Below, in pieces: positions 33,196 through 43,131 of a stretch of DNA of 64,000 nt. The notes beneath the pieces were generated by a model. That model was not told the DNA's origin, searched no databases, and worked only from the letters and a program-made list of their open reading frames with translations. Both the position numbers and the translations under genes were made by a program. The stretch comes from an uncultured Campylobacterales bacterium (GTDB taxonomy: Bacteria; Campylobacterota; Campylobacteria; Campylobacterales; CACVAW01), in contig CACVAW010000010.1 of the NCBI GenBank assembly GCA_902727925.1, forward strand, positions 72,726 through 136,725, read 5' to 3'. Every line of letters starts with the position of its first letter. Within the stretch, counting starts at the first letter, position 1.

Positions 33196-34056
33196 TTGAT
33201 TGATTCTAAGGTAGAGGAAGTATCATTCAAGGGTAAGCAAATATTCATCAAAAGAGATGATTTACTTCATTCCTCTTTTGATGGAAACAAAGCAAGAAAA
33301 CTTCATTATTTATTTTCTAAAGATTTATCTTCATATCAAGCGATAGTATCTTTTGGCTCAAATCAATCAAATTCAATGTATTCATTATCCTCTCTTTGTA
33401 AACTCAAAAATATTAGATTTATTTATATCACTCACAAGCTATCATCTTATTTAGAAAATAATATTCAGGGTAACTTGAAATACGCGCTTGATAATGGGAT
33501 GGAATTAATTCAGAGTAATGACAAAGAAGAAATAACCAAATATAAAAATAATGTAAAATATTTAGTTATAGATGAAGGAATAGCTACAAAAGAAGCTAGC
33601 CAAGGATTAAAAATACTTGCAAATGAGATTGAAGAATTTAGTATCAGCAGTAAGCTCTCAAATTTGAATATATTTTCTCCCTCAGGAACAGGAACTACAT
33701 CTTTATATTTGCAAAAATATTCAAAGTTCAATGTGTTTACAACGCCTTGCGTAGGGAATAAAGAGTATCTATTTAAACAGATGCAACTTTTAGAGGAAGA
33801 TAGTTCTATTTATCCTACTATTTTGACACTAGAAAAGAAATATCATTTTGGAAAACTATATAAAGAGTTTTATGCGCTTTGGTTGGAATTAAAGAATGAT
33901 ACTAAAATAAAATTTGATTTATTATATGATCCATTAGGTTGGATGGTAGTATTAAAACATCTTTATTCTGATGAAAAAAATTTGTTATATATTCACTCTG
34001 GAGGGATAAGAGGAAATATTAGTATGATAAAAAGGTATGAGAATTTTTTGAAATAG
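33196..34056 (+). CDS. PLP-dependent ACC deaminase / D-cysteine desulfhydrase family protein
   Basis: IFIKRDDLLHSSFDGNKARKL contains the family's Lys motif. TTG start. Confidence 0.7.
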   Translation: MIDSKVEEVSFKGKQIFIKRDDLLHSSFDGNKARKLHYLFSKDLSSYQAIVSFGSNQSNSMYSLSSLCKLKNIRFIYITHKLSSYLENNIQGNLKYALDNGMELIQSNDKEEITKYKNNVKYLVIDEGIATKEASQGLKILANEIEEFSISSKLSNLNIFSPSGTGTTSLYLQKYSKFNVFTTPCVGNKEYLFKQMQLLEEDSSIYPTILTLEKKYHFGKLYKEFYALWLELKNDTKIKFDLLYDPLGWMVVLKHLYSDEKNLLYIHSGGIRGNISMIKRYENFLK

Positions 34057-34083
34057 TTGTCCATATCTATTTGATATGGACAA
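34057..34083. terminator. Bidirectional stem-loop between convergent genes (11-bp stem)
   Basis: TTGTCCATATC-tattt-GATATGGACAA lies between 33196-34056 (+) and rpsO (-). Confidence 0.7.
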
Positions 34084-34092
34084 TTAGAAGAT

Positions 34093-34365
34093 TTATTTGT
34101 CTCTTATTTTTAAGATAGCAATAACTTCTTGATATTTAGTGTAGTTAGTCTTTTTTAGGTATCTTAGTAGTCTTTTTCTTTGACCTACTAATTTTAAAAG
34201 TCCTAGCCTTGAAGAGTGATCTTTTTTGAACTCTTTTAAGTGTTCAGTTAGACCCCATATTCTCTCACTTAATAGTGCGATTTGTACTTCTGGAGAACCT
34301 GTATCTTTCTCATCTCTTGCGAATTTGTTAATGATTTCTAGCTTTTTAGCCGAATCTAAAGCCAT
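34093..34365 (-). CDS. rpsO: 30S ribosomal protein S15
   Basis: [36 protein letters not shown]...[30 protein letters not shown] take the start at the MALDS methionine, not the track's upstream ATG. Confidence 0.95.
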   Translation of the reverse strand: MALDSAKKLEIINKFARDEKDTGSPEVQIALLSERIWGLTEHLKEFKKDHSSRLGLLKLVGQRKRLLRYLKKTNYTKYQEVIAILKIRDK

Positions 34366-34421
34366 ATTGACCTCCTGATTGGTATTTGTGAATGTGTATT
34401 CTAGCATATATTAATAAAAAT

Positions 34422-34790
34422 TTATTTAATACTACTACTTAATATAGCTCCATCGATTGGATACAAGGTATTTATCTCTTTAATATGAGAAATCTTGAGA
34501 AGTATTCGTGAGTCAAAAAGATATTCATTTGCAATTGTTTGAATTTCTTTAGCTAGAGGTAAAATATTTATTATGATGAACTTTGCACCTGCGAGGTTTG
34601 ATAGAATAGCTTCTTGTTTGTTTGTAGCAGATATCGCAAAGTTGATATTATTTTGTTGTAAGTACTCAATCATATTTTCATCATATTTGAGATGAACGAT
34701 ACTATTATTAGGTGTATTTTTAACATCAGATATACTATCAATTGTATATATGTTTTTAATTTCTGAGAATTTATGACCTATTATTATCAT
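34422..34790 (-). CDS. Hypothetical protein (122 aa)
   Basis: ORF within a co-directional gene string. No motif recognised. Confidence 0.45.
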   Translation of the reverse strand: MIIIGHKFSEIKNIYTIDSISDVKNTPNNSIVHLKYDENMIEYLQQNNINFAISATNKQEAILSNLAGAKFIIINILPLAKEIQTIANEYLFDSRILLKISHIKEINTLYPIDGAILSSSIK

Positions 34791-34950
34791 TTCTACACTC
34801 TTTACATTTTTGGTTTATAGTTTCTTCTGAATAGACGCCACAAGTTTTACATTTTATTAATGTATTGGGACTTTCATCAAAAGATTTTGGTTTAAAAAAA
34901 ATCTTATAGATAAAAACTAGTATTATTATAAGAACTACTATTTTTAACAT
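34771..34950 (-). CDS. 59-aa TM-helix plus CxxC...CxxC zinc-ribbon small protein; below the ORF-track cutoff
   Basis: My own translation is MLKIVVLIIILVFIYKIFFKPKSFDESPNTLIKCKTCGVYSEETINQKCKECRNDNNRS. Its ATG overlaps the rsmG stop (aaATGTTAA) and its 3' end overlaps the next gene by 20 nt. Confidence 0.45.
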   Translation of the reverse strand: MLKIVVLIIILVFIYKIFFKPKSFDESPNTLIKCKTCGVYSEETINQKCKECRNDNNRS

Positions 34951-35474
34951 TTAAGATTCTTTATTAGTACATAGTTTCTATTTTTGTTATTATGTATAGT
35001 ATGCTTTATATTACTTAGCTCTTCTTTTGCATTAGAGCCTTTATATAGCAATATCGATGTATTCTTAGCAGTTACATTTGATGTGATTTTTAAGAATTTA
35101 TCTGCATTACATACGGCTCGTGAGGTAATTAAGTCAAAAGTACTGTTTAACTCTTCAACTCTTTTAGTCTCAATTGTAATGTTTTTGATATCAAGCTCAA
35201 CTTTACAAAGTCTTAAAAAAGCTGATTTTTTGTGCATAGGTTCACAAAGAGTGTACTCAATATTTGGGTTTTGTATAGCTATAAGAAGACCTGGAAACCC
35301 AGCTCCCGTACCAACATCCAGAGCTGTTTTGATATCTTTTAGTTTAAGATATTTTAGAGGGTATAAGCTATCAGTTATATTTGATTTGATGTCAGATGCA
35401 CTTTTTAGCCCGGTTATATTGTGAACTTGGTTATATTCCATAAGTAGTTCTATAAATTGTTTAAATTGATTCAA
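34944..35474 (-). CDS. rsmG: 16S rRNA (guanine527-N7)-methyltransferase
   Basis: HNITGLKS..., DVGTGAGFPGLLIAI and ITSRAV motifs. Confidence 0.85.
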   Translation of the reverse strand: MNQFKQFIELLMEYNQVHNITGLKSASDIKSNITDSLYPLKYLKLKDIKTALDVGTGAGFPGLLIAIQNPNIEYTLCEPMHKKSAFLRLCKVELDIKNITIETKRVEELNSTFDLITSRAVCNADKFLKITSNVTAKNTSILLYKGSNAKEELSNIKHTIHNNKNRNYVLIKNLKC

Positions 35475-35782
35475 ATTGCCTCATTACTTAAGATATGAAA
35501 ATGTAAGTGCATCACTTCTTGACCTGCTTTTTCACCATTATTTATCTGTATTTTATAGTTATTTTCTATATTCTTCTCTTTTGCCAATGCTTGTATAAAA
35601 CTACTTACTTTTGCTATTGTCTCAGGTTCTGTCATCTGGAAGTTTTCGCTATGAACTTTTGGGATTACTAATAGATGAGTTTTTGCTTTTGGGTTTATAT
35701 CTTTAAAAGCTATAAACTCTTCATCTTCTTTTACAATATTAGCTGGAATTTTTTTGTTCACTATACTACAAAATATACACAT
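35471..35782 (-). CDS. HIT (histidine triad) family protein
   Basis: CIFC...AFKDINPKAKTHLLVIPK and the histidine triad HLHFHIL. Confidence 0.85.
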   Translation of the reverse strand: MCIFCSIVNKKIPANIVKEDEEFIAFKDINPKAKTHLLVIPKVHSENFQMTEPETIAKVSSFIQALAKEKNIENNYKIQINNGEKAGQEVMHLHFHILSNEAI

Positions 35783-35794
35783 ATAAAACCTTTA

Positions 35795-36412
35795 TTATTC
35801 TAAAATTTCTATATATCCAGTCTCTTTTTTGATAGATATTGTAAAATTATTATCTTTACTATCATAAAAAGTGATGTTACAATCATCAGTTATTAGGTTG
35901 CTATATAGTTCCTTGTTACCACCATGAAGTCTTCCAAGTTTATCAAAGGTAAGTGTTGCACCTAATCCACAAGTATTTGTAAAGGTGTCTTGAATATCAA
36001 ACTTTTCAGTGAGTAGTACATTTGGAGAGTTTTTTTCTTGTATGGTTCTACAATTTCCATTATTATATAGAGATCTTCCATTAAGTGGATCGGTTGCAGG
36101 TTCATCATCCTGATCTATATTAAATCCCTTATCTAAGTTACTAAAGATAATATAAAAAAAATCATCTGAGTCTCTGCACTTTTTGAATTGTATACTCCAT
36201 CTTTTTTTGTACCAGTCAGGTTCATTAGGATTATAGAGTTCATCTTGGAGGGCTAGTTGTTGAGTATGTTTCATATGAAGAAGTACTTGCTTTGATGCTT
36301 CTTTTATATTGTTTTTACTAAGTAATTTAGGAGTTGCTATATAGCCTATAATACCCATTATCACAACTATGAAAACAATTTCTATTACTGTAAAGGCTTT
36401 TTTAGGCATCAA
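35795..36412 (-). CDS. Prepilin-type N-terminal cleavage/methylation domain protein (pseudopilin-like)
   Basis: The N-terminus KKAFTVIEIVFIVVIMGIIG matches the type IV pilin-like leader/hydrophobic helix. Confidence 0.7.
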   Translation of the reverse strand: MMPKKAFTVIEIVFIVVIMGIIGYIATPKLLSKNNIKEASKQVLLHMKHTQQLALQDELYNPNEPDWYKKRWSIQFKKCRDSDDFFYIIFSNLDKGFNIDQDDEPATDPLNGRSLYNNGNCRTIQEKNSPNVLLTEKFDIQDTFTNTCGLGATLTFDKLGRLHGGNKELYSNLITDDCNITFYDSKDNNFTISIKKETGYIEILE

Positions 36413-36428
36413 ATTTCCTTATTTATAT

Positions 36429-38408
36429 TTAAAATATCATATCATCATCAAGCAAAATTTTCTCTTCATTAGAATACTTTATTTGTGATTTGTTGGTGAA
36501 GTATACTTTTTTACCATCAATATATGTCTCTTTTACTTCATTTGGGATTCTAAACTCTCTATTATCTTGAGGCTTATAGGTGATATATTGTTCAAAAAAG
36601 TGTTTAAATACAGGAGCTGCTACTTTCCCTCCAGATTCATTATGTCCTATTGGTTTATTGGTATCTCTTCCATACCAGACTACAGCTTGAATATTAGGCG
36701 AAAATCCACAAAAAAGGGCATCTACATAGTTATTACTTGTTCCTGTTTTCCCTGCAATTTCTATTCCTCTTACTCTTGCTTTTTTACCAGTTCCTTTGTC
36801 TACTACTTTTTTCATTATATCTATCATTAAGAATGCTTGAGCTTCATCATTTATAGGTATTTGTTTATTTGTAAATGTTTGTACATTACCTTTTTTGTCT
36901 ACGATTTTTTTGATTAGGATTGGTTCAAGCATAGTTCCATAGTTTGAAAAGGCTGTATATACGCCTGAGAGTTCAAGTAAAGATATTCCAAAGCTTCCAA
37001 GTGTGATGGACAGATCCATTGGAACTCCAGTAAACCCGATTTCTTGCATATTGTTATATAAGTTTTGAAGACCGATTTCAGATACAAGATTTATTGTTGC
37101 CAAGTTTCTTGAGTGTACTAGGGCATACTCTAAAGAGATTAGCCCTTTATTAGTTTTTCCATAGTTTTGAGGTTTCCATAGTTTTCTTTTTCCATTAATT
37201 TTTGCTTCAAAAGTTCTTGAGATATCTGGGATCTTTGATACTGATGAGTATCCTGAATTAATAGCATATTGATATATGAATGGTTTAAATGCACTTCCTG
37301 GTTGTCTTTTACTTTGCGTAGCTCTATTAAAGGCACTTTTTTTATAGTCAACCCCACCTACAAGGGCAAGTACTTCTCCTGTGTTATTCTCTAAAACGAC
37401 CATAGCCCCGTTAAGGTCAGTTACATTATTGTCATATTTGTCGCCATCTTTTAGCTTAGTTAGGTTCTGTTCTTGTATTCTTTTTATTGTCTCGTCGTAA
37501 CCTTGTTTAATAGATTTTTGAGCCATATCTTGGATTGTGATATCGACGGTTGTATATATTTGATAGCCACCAGTTTTAAGGTCTTTTATGTGACTGAGGT
37601 TTCTTAGTACTTCATCAGAGATAAAAGGAGCTTTTCTATTAGATAAAGTATTATTGTAGACTTTTGGTTTTAGTTTTGTAGCTCTTTGGTATTCGTTTCT
37701 CGTTATCCAGCCTAGAGTTTGCATTCTATTTACTACTCTATTTGCACGTGAGAGTGAAAGTTCGTAGTTTTTAATTGGGCTATATGTACTTGGAGCTTTA
37801 GGTAATCCCATCAGCATTGCAATCTCTTTTAGGTTAAGCTCGTCAAGATTTTTATTGAAGTACCCTAAAGCTGCTGTTTTTACTCCATAAAATCCATTTC
37901 CAAAATAGATTTCATTAAGGTATCTTTCAAGAATCTGTTCTTTTGTTAATTTTCTTTCTATATTAATTGCTAAAAGAACTTCTTTTATTTTTCTCATTAT
38001 TTTTTTATCTCTTGTTAAAAGTGTATTTTTAACAAGTTGTTGGGTTATTGTACTCGCACCTTCAGCAAATTTCCGTGCTTTTATATCTTTAAGGATTGCT
38101 CTTAAAATTGCTTCAAAGTTAATACCAATATGCTCAAAAAACACTGTATCTTCGATAGCAACAAGTGCTTCTATAACTCTAGGAGGAATATCATCATAAG
38201 GTACATATAGTCTATAGTGATCTTGAAAAATATTTGCAATGAGTTTTTCATTTCTATCATATATTTGGGTAGCAATTTTAGGCTTATAGTCAACTAGGTT
38301 TTGGGTTTTGTGTTGTATTTTTTCATAGATATTCCAGACAAATAGTCCTATAATAATTGCTGAAAAAAATAGCAAATAAAAAACTGCTTTTGCAATTATC
38401 TTTAACAT
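36429..38408 (-). CDS. Bifunctional penicillin-binding protein 1A (glycosyltransferase + transpeptidase)
   Basis: GT51 motifs EDTVFFEHIGI and GASTITQQLVKN. Transpeptidase motifs SAFKPF and KTGTSN. Confidence 0.9.
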   Translation of the reverse strand: MLKIIAKAVFYLLFFSAIIIGLFVWNIYEKIQHKTQNLVDYKPKIATQIYDRNEKLIANIFQDHYRLYVPYDDIPPRVIEALVAIEDTVFFEHIGINFEAILRAILKDIKARKFAEGASTITQQLVKNTLLTRDKKIMRKIKEVLLAINIERKLTKEQILERYLNEIYFGNGFYGVKTAALGYFNKNLDELNLKEIAMLMGLPKAPSTYSPIKNYELSLSRANRVVNRMQTLGWITRNEYQRATKLKPKVYNNTLSNRKAPFISDEVLRNLSHIKDLKTGGYQIYTTVDITIQDMAQKSIKQGYDETIKRIQEQNLTKLKDGDKYDNNVTDLNGAMVVLENNTGEVLALVGGVDYKKSAFNRATQSKRQPGSAFKPFIYQYAINSGYSSVSKIPDISRTFEAKINGKRKLWKPQNYGKTNKGLISLEYALVHSRNLATINLVSEIGLQNLYNNMQEIGFTGVPMDLSITLGSFGISLLELSGVYTAFSNYGTMLEPILIKKIVDKKGNVQTFTNKQIPINDEAQAFLMIDIMKKVVDKGTGKKARVRGIEIAGKTGTSNNYVDALFCGFSPNIQAVVWYGRDTNKPIGHNESGGKVAAPVFKHFFEQYITYKPQDNREFRIPNEVKETYIDGKKVYFTNKSQIKYSNEEKILLDDDMIF

Positions 38409-39304
38409 AAGGTGTCTCCTAAGTTTAATCTCTTGCCTCTTATATAGCTTAGACTATCAACTTCTTTTTTTGATGGAGCAGCTACAGATTGTATCTCTAT
38501 AGAGCCAGTTTGACAGCCTACAAGAATAGAAGATTTGTTAATTCCTAATATCTCACCTTGCTTATTTATAGATGTGTTTTCTTTTAGTGTGAGTTTTTTT
38601 AATTTGAGTCCATTTTCTAGGTTTATTCCAGGCCATGGATAAAAAGCTCTATATTTTAAGCTTAGAGTTAATGCATCACTAAAATCAACCAAAGCGTCTT
38701 TCTTTGATATCTTTTTGCAATGGTTTGATTTAAAATCAAATTGTGATAATGGTTTTATTTGGTAAAAATTTTTTAGAGTTTTGATTGTTAGATTCGATGC
38801 CACACTCCCAAGTTCATCAAATAATTCATTACTTTTTTTATTTTTGGAATCTATAAATGAGAATGCTAATATATCTCCCGTATCAAGTCCTTCATTCATA
38901 AGCATAGATGTCACACCTGTGAATGTTTCATTATTTAGTATACTTGATTGGATAGGAGATGCTCCTCTATGAGTGGGTAGTATTGAAGCATGTAAGTTAA
39001 TACAAGGAGCAATATTTAAAATATGAAGAGGCAGTATATTTCCATAAGCAGCAACAACTATAAAGTCTACTTTTATGTTGTTAAGTTCCTTATATTCTTT
39101 TAGACTTTTGGGTTGATATAAAGGAATATCTATATCATTATCAATCAAGTATTGCTTTGTGTTTGGTGGAGTAAGTATTTGTTTACGCCCAACAGGACGG
39201 TCAGGCATACATACAAGACCTACTACCGAAATAGCAGAATCTTGTAAAAGAGATTTTAGTATTTGTGTAGCATATTCAGGTGTACCAAAAAAGAGTACTT
39301 TCAT
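38402..39304 (-). CDS. fmt: Methionyl-tRNA formyltransferase
   Basis: MKVLFFGTPEYA..., NLHASILPTHRGASPIQ. I take the start at the MKVLFFG methionine. Confidence 0.9.
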   Translation of the reverse strand: MKVLFFGTPEYATQILKSLLQDSAISVVGLVCMPDRPVGRKQILTPPNTKQYLIDNDIDIPLYQPKSLKEYKELNNIKVDFIVVAAYGNILPLHILNIAPCINLHASILPTHRGASPIQSSILNNETFTGVTSMLMNEGLDTGDILAFSFIDSKNKKSNELFDELGSVASNLTIKTLKNFYQIKPLSQFDFKSNHCKKISKKDALVDFSDALTLSLKYRAFYPWPGINLENGLKLKKLTLKENTSINKQGEILGINKSSILVGCQTGSIEIQSVAAPSKKEVDSLSYIRGKRLNLGDTLC

Positions 39305-39329
39305 GAAACTGCTACTTTTGTCATTTGTA

Positions 39330-40598
39330 TTATTTACCAATGTAGAGTTGTCTAGGTCTTGTGATTTTTGTTTTTGGATCTCTTTTTTGTTCCATCCACT
39401 GTGTTATCCAACCTACTGTTCTGCCTATCACAAAGATAGGAGTAAACATAGTACTTGGGATATCAAGAGCTGTAAGAATAGTCCCTGAATAAAAGTCTAT
39501 ATTTGGATATAAGTTTCTACTAACAAAATATTCATCATTTAGTGCAATTTCTTCTACCTTGTCAGCTATTTGCATGATATTTGTATCAAGGTCTAGTTCA
39601 GTTTTTAATTGATCTCTTAGTTTTTTGAGTTCAGTTGCTCTTGGATCAAAGCTTTTGTATACTCTATGTCCAAATCCCATTAGTCTTACACTGTCATTAG
39701 GGTCTTTTACTTTTTTGATAAATTCATCTACTTTGTCAACACTTCCGATTGATGAGAGTTGAGCTATAACAGATTCGTTTGCTCCTCCATGTGCTCTTCC
39801 CCAAAGAGCTGATATCCCAGCTGAGATTGATACATATGGGTGTGCTCCAGTTGAACCTACAGTTTTTACTGTAGTTGTAGATGCATTTTGTTCGTGATCT
39901 GCGTGAAGAGAGAATATTGTATCAAGTGCACGTACTTCTATATCTTTTATAGGGGCTCTTAGCTTTCCATTAGGATAAGCTCTAAGCATATATAAGAAGT
40001 TCTCAGTGAAGTATCTACCAATATCAGGATGTACATAAGGAATACCTACTGAGTGCCGATGTGCAAATGCAGCGATTGTAGGGATTTTAGAAACTATTCT
40101 TCTTGCCATTTCTTGAAACTCATCTTCTGTTTCAACGTTAAGATGTTTGTAATAAAAAGAAGCAAGAGCAGCAACAGCTGAAGACAAGGTAGACATAGGG
40201 TGTGCCCCTGCAGGAAAAGCTTGGAAAAGGTATCTTAGCCCTTCAGGCAAATATGATCTATATCTTATTTCTGTATCAAATGATTTTGACTCATTTGCTG
40301 TTGGTAGTTTTGAATTAAGTAATAAGTATACAACATCTAAATAACTATGATTTTGTACAAGGTCAGAGATATGATAACCTCTATGTATTAGCTCACCTTT
40401 CTTACCGTCAATAAAGGTAATATCAGATTTACAATTGGCAGTAGAAGTAAATCCTGGATCATATAAAAACATATTTGTTTTACTATAAAAAGATGAAGAA
40501 TCTATTACAGAAGGACCTCTTGTCCCATTTATAATATCAAAATCGTAACTTTTGCCATCTCTATTATCTGTAAAGGTAAATGTGTTTTTCTTATCCAT
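39330..40598 (-). CDS. gltA: Citrate synthase
   Basis: LHADHEQNASTTTV, GFGHRVYK and the overall length match type II citrate synthase. Confidence 0.95.
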   Translation of the reverse strand: MDKKNTFTFTDNRDGKSYDFDIINGTRGPSVIDSSSFYSKTNMFLYDPGFTSTANCKSDITFIDGKKGELIHRGYHISDLVQNHSYLDVVYLLLNSKLPTANESKSFDTEIRYRSYLPEGLRYLFQAFPAGAHPMSTLSSAVAALASFYYKHLNVETEDEFQEMARRIVSKIPTIAAFAHRHSVGIPYVHPDIGRYFTENFLYMLRAYPNGKLRAPIKDIEVRALDTIFSLHADHEQNASTTTVKTVGSTGAHPYVSISAGISALWGRAHGGANESVIAQLSSIGSVDKVDEFIKKVKDPNDSVRLMGFGHRVYKSFDPRATELKKLRDQLKTELDLDTNIMQIADKVEEIALNDEYFVSRNLYPNIDFYSGTILTALDIPSTMFTPIFVIGRTVGWITQWMEQKRDPKTKITRPRQLYIGK

Positions 40599-40624
40599 CG
40601 ATATTTTCCTTGTTAAAGTTTTGC

Positions 40625-41944
40625 TTAATTATCTCTTATTAATTCTTTTTCAATTAAGTCGCAATCTAGTTCTATTCCTAGACGGTCAGTCACTAGTTTT
40701 GCATCTTTATAGGCATTACCAAGACAGCTTGTTGCTCCAGGGCTAGGAGTCATATTAAATATAATATTATCTCCATCATCAATTCTTGCTTCACCTAAAA
40801 GTAACTGTCTATTTTTCTTATCAATCACTTGTGGTCTTAGACCTCCAACTTTTTCAGCGAACTCTAAGTCTTTAGATTCTATTGAAGGAAGTATTTTTTG
40901 AACTTCTTTGGTGAAAAGTTTTCTTCCAAAATAAGGTATTTCAAAAAGTAAGTTTTTGATTAAATAGTTTCTTATATCTTTTTCTTTTAATAATCCAAAT
41001 CCAACGCTCACAACACTTGCATCAAATTTCATAGTTGTGAGAAATTCTCTTATTTTAGCAGGCTTGTAACGCTCAAGCTTTGGTATAATAGGTGCTGTTG
41101 GTCCAAATCTTACTCTACCGTTTGTGATGTCAGGATCACCATGAATTGCGGCGAATGGGAGTTTTGGATTTTGTACTGTATATATTTTTGAATCTATTAT
41201 ATTCTTTTTGGAGTAGTAAAAGCTTCCTCCAACAGGAAGACATGAAAGCTCCATTCCTCTACCCATCTTATGTGCAAAGTACAGTGAATGAGCACCTGCA
41301 TCAACAACTACAAAGTCAGCTGTATATTCTTCATCTTTTGTTTTAAGTCTAAATTTTTCATTTTCTTTTGTGATATCAATTATTTGAGTATTAAGGAATA
41401 CATCAGCGTCTTCTTTGATATCTTTTGCATTTTTAACAAATGTTTTTGAAATCTCACCCCAATCTACTATTGGATAGTGTTCATGTGAACCCATAGCCAT
41501 TACATTTTCTTTTCTGCCGTCTAGTACTGCTGGTTCTATTTCTTTTATTTGGTCAGCATTCCAGAGTTCCATATATGGGAAAAGTTCTTTAAAGTCTTCA
41601 TGTCTTTTTTTGATATAGGCTACCTCTTCGTCACCCACACCTAAAGCCATTTTGGTACATTTCAAATGATATTTATCTTTATATCCATACATATCAGTAT
41701 AGTGATCAGTCATAAAAGCTGTTTTTTTAACTTTTCTTGCTTTTTCTAGAGTATAGTTTGTCTCAATATCACCACAGTGCATTGTTTGAGAATTACCTTT
41801 TGCATTTGAGTTAAGTGTAGCGAAATCATCATATTTTTCAAAAAGAGCAATACTACCAACTTTTGAGTATTTTGATAACATAAAAAGTAAAGCAGTACCA
41901 GTGATACCACCACCTACAATAGCTACATTGTAATGATTAGACAT
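40625..41944 (-). CDS. mqo: Malate:quinone oxidoreductase (FAD-dependent)
   Basis: YNVAIVGGGITGTAL dinucleotide fold, ~440 aa. I prefer ATG 41944, with GGAG 9 nt upstream. Confidence 0.75.
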   Translation of the reverse strand: MSNHYNVAIVGGGITGTALLFMLSKYSKVGSIALFEKYDDFATLNSNAKGNSQTMHCGDIETNYTLEKARKVKKTAFMTDHYTDMYGYKDKYHLKCTKMALGVGDEEVAYIKKRHEDFKELFPYMELWNADQIKEIEPAVLDGRKENVMAMGSHEHYPIVDWGEISKTFVKNAKDIKEDADVFLNTQIIDITKENEKFRLKTKDEEYTADFVVVDAGAHSLYFAHKMGRGMELSCLPVGGSFYYSKKNIIDSKIYTVQNPKLPFAAIHGDPDITNGRVRFGPTAPIIPKLERYKPAKIREFLTTMKFDASVVSVGFGLLKEKDIRNYLIKNLLFEIPYFGRKLFTKEVQKILPSIESKDLEFAEKVGGLRPQVIDKKNRQLLLGEARIDDGDNIIFNMTPSPGATSCLGNAYKDAKLVTDRLGIELDCDLIEKELIRDN

Positions 41945-42123
41945 ATTTATTTTCTCCATTGGATTTTGTACAATAAGAATTAGCATTCTAGCAAAGATAT
42001 TGTAAGTTTTTAATGAAACTTTTTACTCAAACTATTCAAAATGAAATTATTAATGATTTTGGAGGTGGATTTAAGTAAAATTATCCTACATTTACGCTTC
42101 AATTACAATCAAAAGGAAACTTA

Positions 42124-42711
42124 ATGACACACAAATTACCAGAACTTAAATATGCAAAAGACGCATTAGCACCTCACATAAGTGCTGAAACACTAGACTA
42201 TCATCACGGAAAGCATCATAATGCTTATGTTACAAATTTAAATAATTTAATAGTTGGAACAGAATATGAAGATAAATCTTTAGAAGAAATTATAAAGTCA
42301 GCTCCAGCAGGTGGAATATTTAATAACGCTGCTCAGGTTTGGAATCATACATTTTACTTTAATGGTATATCTCCAAATGGTGGAGGAAAACCAACAGGTG
42401 AATTAGCTAAAGCTATAGACAAAGCTTTTGGTTCATTTGAAGATTTTAAATCAAAATTCAGTACTTCTGCAGCTACAAACTTTGGTTCAGGATGGACATG
42501 GTTAGTAAAAGATAGTGATGGTTCAGTATCTATTCACAACACATCAAATGCAGATACAACTATCACATGTGACAAATCAATTCCTGTTTTAACAATAGAT
42601 GTTTGGGAACATGCATACTATGTAGACAAAAGAAATGCAAGACCTTCATATATTGAGTCTTGGTGGAATCTAGTAGACTGGGAAGAAGCTAATAAAAACT
42701 TTATAGCGTAA
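42124..42711 (+). CDS. sodB: Fe/Mn superoxide dismutase
   Basis: LPELKYAKDALAPHISAETLDYHHGKHH, FNNAAQVWNHTFY and DVWEHAYY motifs. Confidence 0.95.
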   Translation: MTHKLPELKYAKDALAPHISAETLDYHHGKHHNAYVTNLNNLIVGTEYEDKSLEEIIKSAPAGGIFNNAAQVWNHTFYFNGISPNGGGKPTGELAKAIDKAFGSFEDFKSKFSTSAATNFGSGWTWLVKDSDGSVSIHNTSNADTTITCDKSIPVLTIDVWEHAYYVDKRNARPSYIESWWNLVDWEEANKNFIA

Positions 42712-42717
42712 TTACAT

Positions 42718-42750
42718 AGGTACTCTTTTTTAGAGTACCTTCTCTTATTT
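42718..42750 (+). terminator. Rho-independent terminator after sodB
   Basis: AGGTACTC-tttttta-GAGTACCT followed by the T-rich tract tctcttatttt. Confidence 0.7.
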
Positions 42751-43130
42751 TGATAACAAAACCCAACTTTAATTTTTCTTTTAATCCTAACAAATGTGAT
42801 GAGTGTGGCGGTAAATGCTGTATTGGTAGCTCTGGATATGTTTGGGTAAATAGTGAAGAGATCCTTAATATTTCAAATACACTAGACATAACAGTTAATA
42901 AACTCAAAATTGATTATCTCAAAAAATATGGCTCAAAATATTCAATCAAAGAAGTAAAGACGAAAAACAATTATGAATGTATATTTTTTGATAGTGGAAG
43001 ATGTAATATCTACGAATCACGCCCAGTACAATGTAAAAGCTTTCCCTTTTGGAATGATTTTAAAGACAAAGATGAAGATGAACTTGATTATTTAAAAGAT
43101 GAATGTATTGGAGTTGATTTTAAAAGTTAA
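42750..43130 (+). CDS. YkgJ-family cysteine-cluster protein (UPF0153)
   Basis: CDECGGKCCIG ... CIFFDSGRCNIYESRPVQCKSFPFW. TTG start. Confidence 0.7.
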   Translation: MITKPNFNFSFNPNKCDECGGKCCIGSSGYVWVNSEEILNISNTLDITVNKLKIDYLKKYGSKYSIKEVKTKNNYECIFFDSGRCNIYESRPVQCKSFPFWNDFKDKDEDELDYLKDECIGVDFKS

Positions 43131-43131
43131 T

